DNA from: Octopus sinensis
Taxonomy: Eukaryota
Reading direction: 5' to 3'
Assembly: GCF_006345805.1 (NCBI RefSeq)
Contig: NC_042997.1
Location: 150,102,001-150,166,000, forward strand
Length of the DNA stretch: 64,000 nucleotides
In this document: one piece after another, positions 25,301 through 37,923 of the stretch
How positions within the stretch are numbered: the first letter of the stretch is position 1
Layout: each line of letters opens with the position of its first letter
Notes under the pieces: model-generated
What the model was told of the DNA's origin: nothing
The model's input: the letters and a program-made list of their open reading frames with translations, nothing else
The model's database searches: none
Made by a program: the position numbers and the translations under genes

Positions 25301-27648
25301 TATTGTTGCTAACGTTTCCTGTTTTTCTTGCATGACAGACAAATTATTTAGCAGCATTCCTTTCAGTTCTTTACATAGTGAGTTCAAATACAGCTGAGAT
25401 TAATTTAGCCTTTCATCTTTTCGGAGTAGACAAAATAATTCTAGACTTGTACCGAAATCAATGCAGTCTACTACTCCTTCCTGTAGCTGGTCTTGTTCCA
25501 AGATTGACCTTAGATTAAATTCAAATTTCCATGTAACCGTAACCACCGACCTGCATATCTTTTACACTATCTTCCTCTCTTTTGTTATTGGCGGCGGCTT
25601 GCTTCTGTGTGGGATAAAACACCAAGTAGTATTTGGACGACTCCTCAGTAACCTGAATTCAAACTCAACCGAAGTAAACTTTACCTTTCAGCTTTTCGGG
25701 GTCGATAAATAAAGAACTAGTCCAGCATGATGGACTGACAGAATTCTTAGCGCATTCGACGAGAAGTCTTACAGTTCTTTTATCCGGCGTTGTGATTCTG
25801 AGTTCTTTTGTGTCTAACATTTAATGACTTTATTCTGTTGTCCATTGAATATCAACTTCTTTTCTTTGAGTGCCAATGGCGGATTTTACTCTGTCAAGCG
25901 TTCTATCCAGGTGTTCAGGTTTGAAGAAAACTTCCTTTTCATCCACCAATCTCAGAGATACTTAAACATGTAATTTAATAGACGCTGTCATTTTCTCGTA
26001 GTTTAAATTGTGAAATTTGGAGTCAAATATGTTCTTATATATATATATATATGTGTGTGTGCGCGTCCACCATCTTGTTACACACTGTAGTAACTTGTAT
26101 ATTATATAATCAAAAGCCAATAAGAGAGCCTTATGCAGACGGACGACTGCTCCCTCAGATATTTAGCTGCAAGAAATAACAGTTAAATATCCATAAAAAG
26201 CACACCCTATTGTCTTGAAATGGAATGAGACATTAGGTTAAGTAATCCAAAATTACACGGAGCTATAAGAAAGAAAACGAGCGAAAATAAACCCTGACCA
26301 CCTTTGATTATGGGTTGGCTCAATAGGGGCTGAACCAGCGCTACACAACAACTACAACAACAAGAACAAGGACTATGTTCACAAATACATTCATACGCTA
26401 CGTTTTTGCACTATATATGGTTGCACAATATATAGAGCTTCTAATTTGCATTAGACATCTAACACTTACTACCCATGCAGGCTTCTGACTACTGTTTTAA
26501 CAAAGGCTTTGTTTTCTTTCTTCCTTTCTTTGGCAATCGTTTGTTCTGATGCAGCCATCATAAGAATTTCTGTTTACCTCTTTAGTTCTCCATTTTCAGC
26601 CAAACCCATTGTCCTTCTCCCCGCCCTTCTTCCTTCTTTTCCTCTTCTTCCACTTTCTCCTTCTTTCTTTTTGTCTGACGAACTGCTTCTACAAATGTAA
26701 TTTTTTTTTCTATCCAGTTTTCCATCTTCTCTGTTTGTTTTTCCTTTTTTATTTATTCATTTATTTTTCTTCGTATTTTCGTTCTTTTTTTTATTTTTAT
26801 TTTTATTTTTAAACGTGTTAATCTTTTCTCTACTCTTGTATATACTCTCACCGTTGAACTTCCTGGCTGCACACATAATAAAAACTCTTTTTTTTTCACA
26901 TTTGCAAACCTGCCTCGTCGTCATCATTATTCATATCATCTCCATCATCCCCCATATCATCATCATCATCATCCTCCTCATCATCATCGTTGTAATCATT
27001 TTCAGCGCCATGGTTATAGAAGTCATCATTATTATCATTATCATCATTGTGGACTTTGTCCTCATAATCCTCATCTTCGTAAGTAGCAGCAGCAATAGCA
27101 GTTGCATTAGCAATATCGACAATAGAATAGTAGTAGTAATAGTAGTAGTAGACAGTGTTAACCGGGGCAAGGCTTTTGTATTTTTTTTCCCCTGAAACCT
27201 AGGAGAGAAGAGACGATGGCTAACAAAAATCAATTAATTGACGTGGTCAATGCTCATTATATTGCTGGCTGAATGATTAGATGTTGCAACAAAACTGGCT
27301 GGTAAGTGCAATAGGCGCGAGAGAGAAGGAAAGATACAAAGAGGGAATACAAAAGAAGGAAGAAGAAATAAAGTAGAGCTATAAACTGAGTGCAAGAGAT
27401 AGATAGTGTGAGAGAGGAAGTGAGCGTGGTGGTCGTTAGATAAAAGAGAGGTGTATAGAGAAATGTATAAAGGGACGGAAGAGAGAGAGAGAAACATTTT
27501 GAGAATATTGGAATACTGTAGACGAAGTGTGGTGCGTCAGACGAGTATAAATAATTAAGATCGATAGAATAAACAGCGGCTACAAAAACGTATTGGAGTA
27601 CGTGTGTATGTCTGTGAGTGTGTCTGTGTATAATGTACACACATACAT

Positions 27649-27692
<44 letters not shown>

Positions 27693-27901
27693 AGGAGAAA
27701 GCTTATTGATTAATTTATTTATAGATTTAATGATCGATCAATTGATTGATTGATAGCCAGTCAGATAAACATATAGGCTAATTTATTAACAAATAAATAG
27801 AAACGCTATAGAGAGAATAGTTATTTATACACGTATACTTACATATGTATACCTGTATCCATACACACATAAACATGTGTATGAATATAAGTATACACAC
27901 T

Positions 27902-27962
<61 letters not shown>

Positions 27963-28024
27963 CTGTGTATGTGTGTGTACACCTGTGAGCTACTGAGGCA
28001 GTGAGGAAGTTATATCTATATATC

Positions 28025-28058
<34 letters not shown>

Positions 28059-31000
28059 TGTATGTATGTATAAATAAATAAATAAATAAATAAATTCATA
28101 CGTATCTTGGGCTGATTACAAATTTCAGATACACAGAACATAAATATACGAAAAATAATTAAGGAAATATTCATTGAACATTGAAATCCAGCAGGTGAAT
28201 TTATAGTGTAGCAATAATAACAAATCTTTACATTTTATTCGTTTTTGTTGGTCGATTATTTATTTATTCATTTATGCGACTGCTATATTAGGGAATTTGC
28301 AGTGTGCGTATGGCAACTAATTTGCAGAAACACACAATCAGTACACAAACTACAAAATGTACCAATAATACGAAGCTATAACACACCTATTGGAGATAAA
28401 CATAATGTGTGTTCATTCATATACAGAGAAAAAATATGTGTACGCCCATACTCATACACAAACATATATACTTGTGTGCTCGTATTCAAATATATGTGCA
28501 TGCACATACATATGTATGTATGTGTTCGTGTGCTTGCCATTGAAATTGAGTGTATATGTCTGGAAGTCTAGCTATAATCTCTTTTGTATCAATGAAGCTA
28601 AAAATAGAGCTATAAACATCTAAATCAGCAATAGGAACAACACCAAGAAGGCGAGTAATAAACTCGTATAGAACCGGAAAGCACATGTCATATAATTCTT
28701 GGCAGGATTTCCATCAAGACTAGTGAGGACATATAAACCCTTTACGGTCAATCTTTTGCACTGACCTCTGAAAATATTAATCGTAGGCGTCGTTGTTGAT
28801 ATTATTGTTTAACACGAGATCAGATCTGATTCAACAGACTTAATGTTTAAAAGCATTCAAGCTGAGACTTTTGCTTTTTATTTTAGACATAATTTATCTA
28901 CGATTGTGTATTTCCCGTTTGAAGATATTTAAGCATATCTAAGAGAAAGTTGATTCTTTTTTCTAACAGTTCAGGTCACCATATGCCGGCTCCTCGTTAA
29001 CTGTTTTTCGAAAGTTGAGGGTGAAGTGTCAACCTTCCGCAAGTGTTACAAACTTGGATAAGAACAGCCACAAATAGGGGCTGGGGTAGAAAACCACCTT
29101 TACACTTTCAGCTTAGCTTCAGTGGAACCTTACGAAGTACGACAAATCCCTTTTTTTATTTCGGATACTACCTCATTAATTGCATTTACAAATGAATCAT
29201 TAATTTCGTACGAAGATGGGCTGTGAGTTTGGGGCGGCTTGGCCTGCCATGTGTTGGAAGAGCGTGCCAACCCTACAGTTATCGTTTAGCAGCAGTTAAA
29301 CCTTACGGGGCTAACTACAATAACTGGGGTTTTAACAACGAGACTCACGTGTTTATTTCAAATACCCTTTTGAGTGCATTAATCAATTGTCTTTTACATT
29401 TCGGCTAATGATAGGGTGCTATTTGGGGTAGATTTGGCTGTTGTGGTGTGACTTAGAAAAGAGGGATGACACTATACTTGGTGTATAGAGTCTGTCAGAC
29501 TTAAAGAAATTAATTATTGGTGCTTCAGCAACATCAATTCCAGCTTTGTTTCCGACATCACAACCACGACTGCACAATCCATTATGGCCTTCATGTAGAT
29601 CATCTAGCAGCCATTTCTAGTATTACGTATGGTCTTTGATTCTGTTACAGCATATATTTGGGTCATCGGTTCATTGCGGTCTTTATATAAAATAAAATTC
29701 GAATACACACTCCAGCATGGCCACAACCGCAAATGCAGAAGTTGGTAAAAGAGCATATATATCTGCGACGCATTACGGTTGCTATTACAGGGTACTGTGA
29801 CATATGTTTAAACATACAAACTGCAGGCTATTTCTAGATACAATGCGACTTCAAACTGATTTAGTTTTCATTTCTGAGTGTGTATTATTAGATTTGAAAA
29901 CAAATTACAAACAGATTATATATCATGATATTGAACGGACAACAGAATTAATACAAAGAAAATTTAACATCTTTGCTGGATACGTGTCGCCCATCTAGTA
30001 TAACTAATAATATGTGTGTATTTGTGAGTGTATTTGTGTATTTGTGGGTATGTATGTATACATAGTCACATCTCATATTCACACACATATATATCACCGT
30101 GTGTGTGGGGTGGGTTTATACATCTAAATGTTTATACAGACAGGTACACACACGCACACACACACACACACGTGTATAGATGTATTCGTTATTTTTCCTC
30201 GTCTTTGAATTTTTCTCATTTACTGTCGTAGTGATGTGCTGTCATTGTTACTGATGCCAATAACTACTACTGCTACTACTACTACTACTACTACAGTTCT
30301 CTTTCGCAGCAGCAGCAGTAGTAGTAGTAGTAGTAGTAGTAGTAATGTAGTTAATATGTTTCCAAAGATTTGTGAAGATAAATGAAGTCTGTCAACATCT
30401 TGCGACATGAAGCTATTATAATGTCTGCTTAATTTGCCTACCAATACTTGCAACATAGCCAACAGATCATCAACAAAAACACAAGAGTCTACCCCCCTTT
30501 CTTCCTCTTTCTCTCTCTCTCTCTCTCTCACCCCCTCTCACTTTTCTCTTATACTTTTCTCTGTTTCTCTTTCTCGCTCATCACTTCACTGTTATTGCCT
30601 TATATATTCTGAGAATGTTAGATGCTATTTTTTCTCATTTATACTATTACGTTATTTCAAAGAGATATGCTAGTGACTTGAGTAGCTTAAATTATATTTG
30701 TGTTGGTGTTTTGTTGTAGTTTAATTGAGAGGAAAGTGATGCCCTTCACATGCCCTCTAAGACTGTTGGTATTAATATAATTTTGATGCCCATCTTGAAC
30801 GACAGAAGTTCGACAAACTTTAGGTAGCCTGGCGGAGAAGGGGAAAAAAACCTGGATGAAAATGGTATCCCATAGTGCTGTGAAGCTGTAAGAAATTCAA
30901 GATCATAATTTGGTGCATTGATTTGTCGCTATCTTTTAAGCTTTTAGAATACAGAAATACAACTTTAGTGAGCTTGCAATTTTGACATTTAATTGCTTCT

Positions 31001-31773
31001 CCCGGGAAACGGTTAGACATTGAATGGATGTGATATAGCGTGATATAGCCGGGTAAAAAAAAAACCCCAACAAAATCAAAGTTTTCAAGAAATCACCCTA
31101 AAACTGCGGTATGTATTGTGTTGTAATAGTCCACTATATTATTCAACGCATAAACATGAGCCAAGAATTCACATCTCATAGGTCGCTCGACCTGCTAGAT
31201 ATAGCAACCGAATTTTAAAATGACATGCTTTCATTCCACTATAATAAGGGACACTAAGGGCGTAGAAAGAGTTGGTTAAGAGGAATAGGGAACCCTGCCT
31301 TAAGTGTGAAACAGCACTACAATTCTTCTGAGCTATAATGCTCGCTAATTATAGAGTGGCCAATACTAAAACCTCTTCTTCGGCGAGGGAAATAGGGACG
31401 CTAGCTTACCTATAATTCCTAAAACCTGAGGACGATGTTGAGAAAAGGACATTTAGGTGCTATGGCTATAAGCCATCCATTCCTATGAGTGGAAAACTGA
31501 GAGAAGACTTCCAACCTTAGTGTATCATCTCTTTTCAACACTTCTGCTACGCGACTGAAGGAAGCCTTCAATATTAGTTTCCTAGAAAAAGAAATGATGG
31601 TCACAACTAGAAGTTCTTTCCCTAGAGGCCTCCTGACTAGTTTACCTGAGGTAAAACCCTACCACCAGCAACAACGAAAACAACAAACATATATACACAT
31701 ACAGTTTTACATGCCAATAATAACAACTACAACAATAACAACTACAATAATAATAACTACAACAACAAATACT

Positions 31774-31910
31774 TTAGGAATAAGAACCCAGGTTCAAAAT
31801 TTCCCCAAGACACCTGATGAAGGTTGGAGGGTATATCAGCCGAAGCGTTGTGTTAACAACAAACAAGATGAGGACAAATATCCGTCAAATGTAAATAATG
31901 TAATTATATG
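31774..31910 (+). mobile_element. Penelope-like terminal-repeat fragment with hammerhead-like motif
   Basis: GACAC-CTGATGA-A-GGTTG-loop-CAGCC-GAAG-CG-TT-GTGTT at 31809-31854, lying between A-rich simple repeats. Confidence 0.6.
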
Positions 31911-33134
31911 AAAACTAGATACATCTATTAGTTTTACGTAATATGCTATACTGGATGAACAAATAATTATGAAACGAAACTCTGAGAATAAAAAAGAAAA
32001 AGAAAGATGTATACAAAACATATGAACACTTTCTTTTATATATATGATGCCATTAAAGAAAGATTCCTGGAAGGAAATATATTTAAAAACGGGCCTATAT
32101 TCACAGAACAAATTTATTCATATACCGGTGGTTATGACAAATAGTCAGTCGGACTTAATACATTAAAATGCTCACCACATGTGTTCACATATACAGTTAA
32201 ACAACTGCATACTTTCTGCCTCGCAGAATATTAGTTATAAAGGTATTTTAAAGTATTTTCACATCCTGCCTGCATGTATAAACTCACAAAATACGCATTC
32301 ACTGAATGCAGGAGGTTGATGTTGCTTAGGCCCCCATTTCAGCAGTAACCATCTCACCCTTTATTCTCTGACGGTAATACGGGATCACATAGTTTATCTT
32401 TTTTTAAGACGATGCGTGTGAAGGGGAGATTGTGATTTGAGGAAGATTTATCAGCCATTTCTAGCAAATCTTGACTGGAACACAATACATTATGCATATC
32501 CGCAGATATGCATAACGGTCAACTACACTCACTTAGATAGACATGCAGTGAAGAACCCCCTATATAGCTGCTTAATGTTCTGGAAATACCAGCTAAATCT
32601 CTCTACTGACTCACTATTGACAAGCTGACAAAATAGTAAGGTTATTGACAGATTAGATAATCTACTTCAAGATGGACAATGCCCGAGTGGAAGATACAAT
32701 AGTGAATGCTGAAGCCCTTTGAACGTAATTCTGCTCAGTGAAGATTAATCTGGTTAAAGAATAATACTAACAATGACAATAACAACAAAGCAATCAATAT
32801 TTTATTGATATTGGGGGCTATGATAGTTTGCACAAAATACATTCCAATGATGACCACAGGTATAGAAGAATGCACTTTTTTTTTTCGTTCATTGAATTTT
32901 GATTAAATTTAAGGTCAAATATTTCTTCAGAAACAGAACGAGGCGAATTTGAAGCCTGAACGAGGATTTTTCAACGATTTCATTGATCCCTATTACTCGA
33001 GTATTAATTATTTTATTGACCCTGGTAGCATGAAAGGCGAAGTCAACGATCATATGATTTTAACTAACAACAAAGAATAACGCTGTGAAAAACAGATAAT
33101 AGAAAACAGTGGTACTCCTGCAGCTGCTAATACT

Positions 33135-33156
33135 GCTGCCACCACCACCACCAGCC

Positions 33157-33244
<88 letters not shown>
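33135..33244. repeat. (ACC)n(ACT)n(AAT)n compound microsatellite
   Basis: Directly visible. Confidence 0.95.
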
Positions 33245-33246
<2 letters not shown>

Positions 33247-33665
33247 GCTTCAAATTTTGGCACGTGGCCAGTTTCGGGCAAGGGGTAAATCGTTTACATC
33301 GGCCTAAGTACAACACTGGTACTACTTTTTATCGACTTCGAAAAGAAGAAGGGCATGCATGATTTGAACTCAGAATGTAAAGAGCGGGAAGAAACATTGG
33401 AGATAATTTTTGCGACGAGCTAACGACTCTACCAGCCTGCTACCCGGAAATCTCTGATTTAGGTACCAGGCCAGCAATTATGAGGGTAAAGATTTATCGA
33501 TTAAATCCACTCCAGCACCTGACTGGTACTTTATTTTATTAACCCCGAAAGGAGTAAAAACAGTACTACCCTCGGCAGAATTTGAACTAAGAACGTAAAG
33601 AGCGGGGAGAAATATCTTAAAGTATCTTTCCCCGACGTTCAAATGATTCGGCCAACAACGATTGC
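33245..33665 (-). mobile_element. Two adjacent degenerate family B SINEs (about 33245-33444 and 33450-33665)
   Basis: Each has CTGGTACT..TTT(T)AT..AC, (G)ATTTGAACT.AGAA.GTAAAGAGCGGG and GGCCAG motifs. Confidence 0.75.
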
Positions 33666-33782
33666 TTCCAGATTCGGCAGAAGCCAACAATTGATGGCGG
33701 GATTAGTTTTCTTATAAAGAATCTAATACCTGATTGGTTGTTTATTTTATCGCTCCCGGTAGGACTGACAACAGAAGATATA

Positions 33783-34671
33783 CAAGGTCTGATTAATAAG
33801 TATCCGGACTGATGACATAGTAACGAAGCTAAAGCAAGGAGAGTGAAGCTGCTTGGCACAGATTGACCCTGAATTCTGCTGTGCATGTGCGCTAAGTTTT
33901 AATGCTCTAGTTCACTTCTGATGTTTACAGCAGTGCTTGGAAGGAAAGTGTGAAGCGTGTGATCGTCGCATTGACCAAGCCAGAAAAAGTTGTCATGGCG
34001 ATACCAGCTCAGAGCCCTACGCAAAGATGAAGAAAACGTACGATGAAGAGTGTATGAGCGGCACATAAGTCTATGAGGTGTTCAGACGTTTCCAAGATGG
34101 CCGAAAAAATTTCAGTGTTGACGAACATTCTGGGAGATCCACAACCAACAGAACTGAGAAAAACATTATATATATTCGCGCAAATGTGAGGGGAAATCTT
34201 TGAATCAATATCTGTGAGTTATCAGGGGATATGCAGATTAGTTGCGTTTCCGTTCAGTCCATTAACACTGAAGATTTGGGTACGAGACGTGTGTCTGCCA
34301 AGTTTGTGCCAAAACTGCTTTCAGCCGACCAAAAAGACACTCGGATTTCAGTTGCACAAGATCTCCTTGATTATGTCTAGAACGTTGAAAACTTTTTGAA
34401 AACTTTTCGTAGGTTTCTCAGCAGGTATCACCAAGCTTTTGGCAAAATTTGATGCAGATTCTCTACTAAAATTTATCTCTTATGTTCAATGCGTTGATCA
34501 CACGTTACACACCTTCCTTCCAAGCTCTGTTGTAAATAGGGGAAGTGAGACAGAACGTTAAAACTTAGTGCGCATGCACAACAGAGTTCAAAGTCAATCT
34601 GTACCAAGCGGCTTCACTCTCCTTGCTTTAGCTTCGTTACTATAGCAACAGCTCCTATCGATTAGACCACG
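33783..34671 (+). mobile_element. Non-autonomous mariner element with ~250-bp inverted arms, flanked by TA
   Basis: The left end TA-CAAGGTCTGATTAATAAGTATCCGGACT is a mariner-type TIR. 33783-34025 aligns to the reverse complement of 34405-34671 (e.g. GTAACGAAGCTAAAGCAAGGAGAGTGAAG versus CTTCACTCTCCTTGCTTTAGCTTCGTTAC). TA at 33781-82 and 34672-73. Confidence 0.92.
33997..34404 (+). pseudogene. Decayed mariner transposase N-terminus (HTH DNA-binding region plus WVPHEL-type linker)
   Basis: Frame +1 reads GDTSSEPYAKMKKTYDEECMSGT*VYEVFRRFQDGRKNFSVDEHSGRS...EDLGTRRVSAKFVPKLLSADQKDTRISVAQDLLDYV*NVENFLKT, with 3 in-frame stops. No DD34D domain follows. Confidence 0.9.
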
Positions 34672-34762
34672 TATACATAAACATTATCTCCGTCTAATGA
34701 ATCTTTGTCTATTCATGCGTTGTTGAGCACTCATTCACATTGTTCGAAATTTACACACATAC

Positions 34763-34813
<51 letters not shown>

Positions 34814-34867
34814 TGTATCTTTGTATTTCTGTAAATGTAAGCACATGTATCTATTGTGTATGTATTC

Positions 34868-34930
34868 ACACAGAATGGTTAAGAAGCGTACTTCACAGTC
34901 ACGTGTTTTAGGTTCGATACCACTGTGAGT
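34868..34930 (+). mobile_element. SINE family A-like 5' head fragment
   Basis: TGGTTAAGAAGCGTACTTCACAGTCACGTG...GGTTCGATACCACTG resembles the family A tRNA-like head. Confidence 0.45.
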
Positions 34931-37882
34931 CGCGCCATGTCTTGTCAGATAAACTTACTACACAAACATTCTTTTAGGCGGTTATGAGTCTTATACCCGT
35001 GAGTCTAGGGTCCAAAGTTGTCATAGAAGCACACTGGGGTAGATGAAAGGTGAGGTATTAGATAAAGAGGATGTCATTGAATTGAATGAACAACTTAATA
35101 GTCATCGTCGAAATCGACAAAGAATCCGTTTATTTAATTTTACGGGTCTGTACGTGTATGTATATGTGCATTTTTGTATATATGTGTATCCAAATATTTA
35201 TGTACGCCTGCATATGCCTGTGTATATATATATATTGTGCACATTTTATATATTATGAATATGTGTATCTATTACATAATGCGCACATTTATACTCATAC
35301 ATATTTATGCATATATATATTTATACATTATGCAAGTGCATATCTATGGATTCCTTTATGTATGCCTATAAGTATCGATCTAATTGTAAGTACATGTGTC
35401 GATACAATAATTTATGCATTTGTCTATGTCTGTATATACATAGACACATATACACAATTGTATGTATAGTATATGAACATTTCGGGTTTTGCTATTTTTA
35501 ATGTTTGTTTATTTATGATCTCCAATTGCTATTGACATTCGAAGATGATTTAACATCTCAATTGATTACTTATTTATTTCGTTTATACATTTCCACGATA
35601 CTTTATCTATTTATTTATATTTTTGGCCTTTTTTTTGCCTCAATTTATCACTTCATTCATTAATATATATTATGAGAGCTGATAATGAATCTGAGAAATA
35701 ATTATCTCTACCTCGATAAATTTTCATTGGTGCACCATAACAAAACATAAACAAATCAACACCATCAGTAGCGCCATCACCAACTTCACTGCCGCCACCA
35801 ACAGCAAAAATAATCTTCCTTCTGCTAGTAATAATGATAATATTGATAATAATAAAATTAGTAGTAGTACCAACAACAACAACATCATAGAAGAAAAGAT
35901 ACATATCAGTTTGTAGATTGATTAAGCAGAAGCTCGATAATGTGCTAAAACAACCACTAATTAGACATAAAACATCAGATTCTTGCAAACAGAAATTTAA
36001 TGTTCAATATGATGTTTGTGTTTTCAAATTGCTGACGATGGAATTTATAAAATGTGTGGAATGGTATTGGCGGATGTAGGATGGACTTGTGTTTGCAGAG
36101 AAAAATATTTTTCAAACATATTTTTCAAAATTAATCTTTTAAAATTGTTTTGTTTTAAAATCAAGAATGCTCTTTAACTGCCCAGGTTTGCCTGTCTGGT
36201 GAGATAAAATCAGAGTTCTATTGAGATTTTACCTCTAGCAAGTGAAGGACGGTGGGAATGGTGGTTCTGTGGCCTTTCAATCTGCTAGAAATATCATCTA
36301 GATGTCTTTCAAATCATTCTCTCCCGTTTAAAAATAAACGGAAAATGAGCCCTAAAGAAATCATTAGACAAATGTAGGCCTAGGAGTGTACAGAAAAAGA
36401 GGACATTTTTGAGAATGACACATCTATAGTTAAACATCGATTAGGTACGAACTGATCAACTGACTTATGAGTAAATATATACAACACAAACAAATAGTTT
36501 ACCTGAATTTATCTAGTATAATGTGAGATAGTGCTTGAGACATGGAACCGATCTCCGAGGTTGTTGTTTTCAAATGCCTGCAATAACAAAATAAAAGGCA
36601 CGCAGCACGGCGAGATACTTTCTCAGTAACACCAATACAAAGAGGACATATTCAGCTATCATAAAGTTTATCTTGATATATTTGACTATAAATATTTATC
36701 AAATTAGGCAAAAGTAATAAACTCTCATACACAAGTTATTTCAGAAGTATCGTTAGCATTTAAATGGCAAATAAAAATTTAATTTTGCGTTTTGCTGCAA
36801 TTTCTATTTTAAATATTTATGATACTAGCTAGTATTTTGTTGTGAATATCTTTTGATATGTATGTTGGTTTATATATTTTTTAGAAAATTCTCGTTACCA
36901 AAAGATGACTGAGCATTAATTGCGCTATAAATGGTACAATGTAGCTGTTGTCCTATTCGCTTTTTTGTGCATACCCAGATCAACTGTGCGGCTGCCAGTA
37001 TGACCGGGGATAGTAAGCGAGCTATCTCCGAATACCTGAGCAACAGGATAATTAAATAATGTGGTGAGAAGGTGGGTGAAGAATAAACTGTGGCAGCGGG
37101 AGTTGTGAAGAAGTGATAGCGATGGGAGGAAACGAGACGTACCTTAACTTAGCTAAACAAATTTGTTCTACCTGGAGTTATTAACCTGTTTACACTAATA
37201 ATAAATGGACCTTTGAACTACTCTGTATAACAAACACTGAACAGTTGGTGCTATCACTAGTACTTATTTAATCAACCGTTTGGAGGATGGATTTTTAAAA
37301 TGACGCCTGGGTCATTTGTGCTCAGAAGTGTTCCACGAGCAGTCTTGATATGCTTCGTTCTAGTTGTCTGATTGCCTTATGGAATAGTAGCAGTACGTTT
37401 ATAAAGTTGATGAAGGATTAATTTACTTGTGATATTGTTACTAATAGTTAGAGTTTAAGGTTTGAGGATGGAATACATATTCATTTCAGTAAGCGTGGAA
37501 AATTCCTTATGCACGAAAATGCATAATATAACTGAGCCTACAGAAAGATAAACTCATGTCTGTATAAATGCATGTTTGTATGTGAAGGTTTGTACGTTTA
37601 TATATGTGTATATGTATGCATATTTGGGTGCATTAATATTATTTGAAGGCAATTATAACAAAACCAACTAGGCATTTATTGCTGGTGTCATTCTATAAAT
37701 GAGAATTAGTTGAAGAATCTAACAGTCAAAAATAACGGTGCTAGTCAGTTTTATCTTCGGTTTTAATAAACCAAGAGATCATGTTGTATGGTATTTAATA
37801 AGCCTGTATTTGTCTATTTGCTCAAATATATCGCAATGGCTACTCTGAGGTATTTCTCTTCGCTCAGTTTTGCTTACACAAA

Positions 37883-37923
<41 letters not shown>

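Noticed and set aside
26896-27180. Open acidic frame on the minus strand (EDEDYEDKVHNDD…DDDEAGLQM*)
   Set aside because: It is explained by a degenerate (GAT/CAT)n microsatellite. It has no start codon, includes a poly-Y stretch and has no recognisable homolog.
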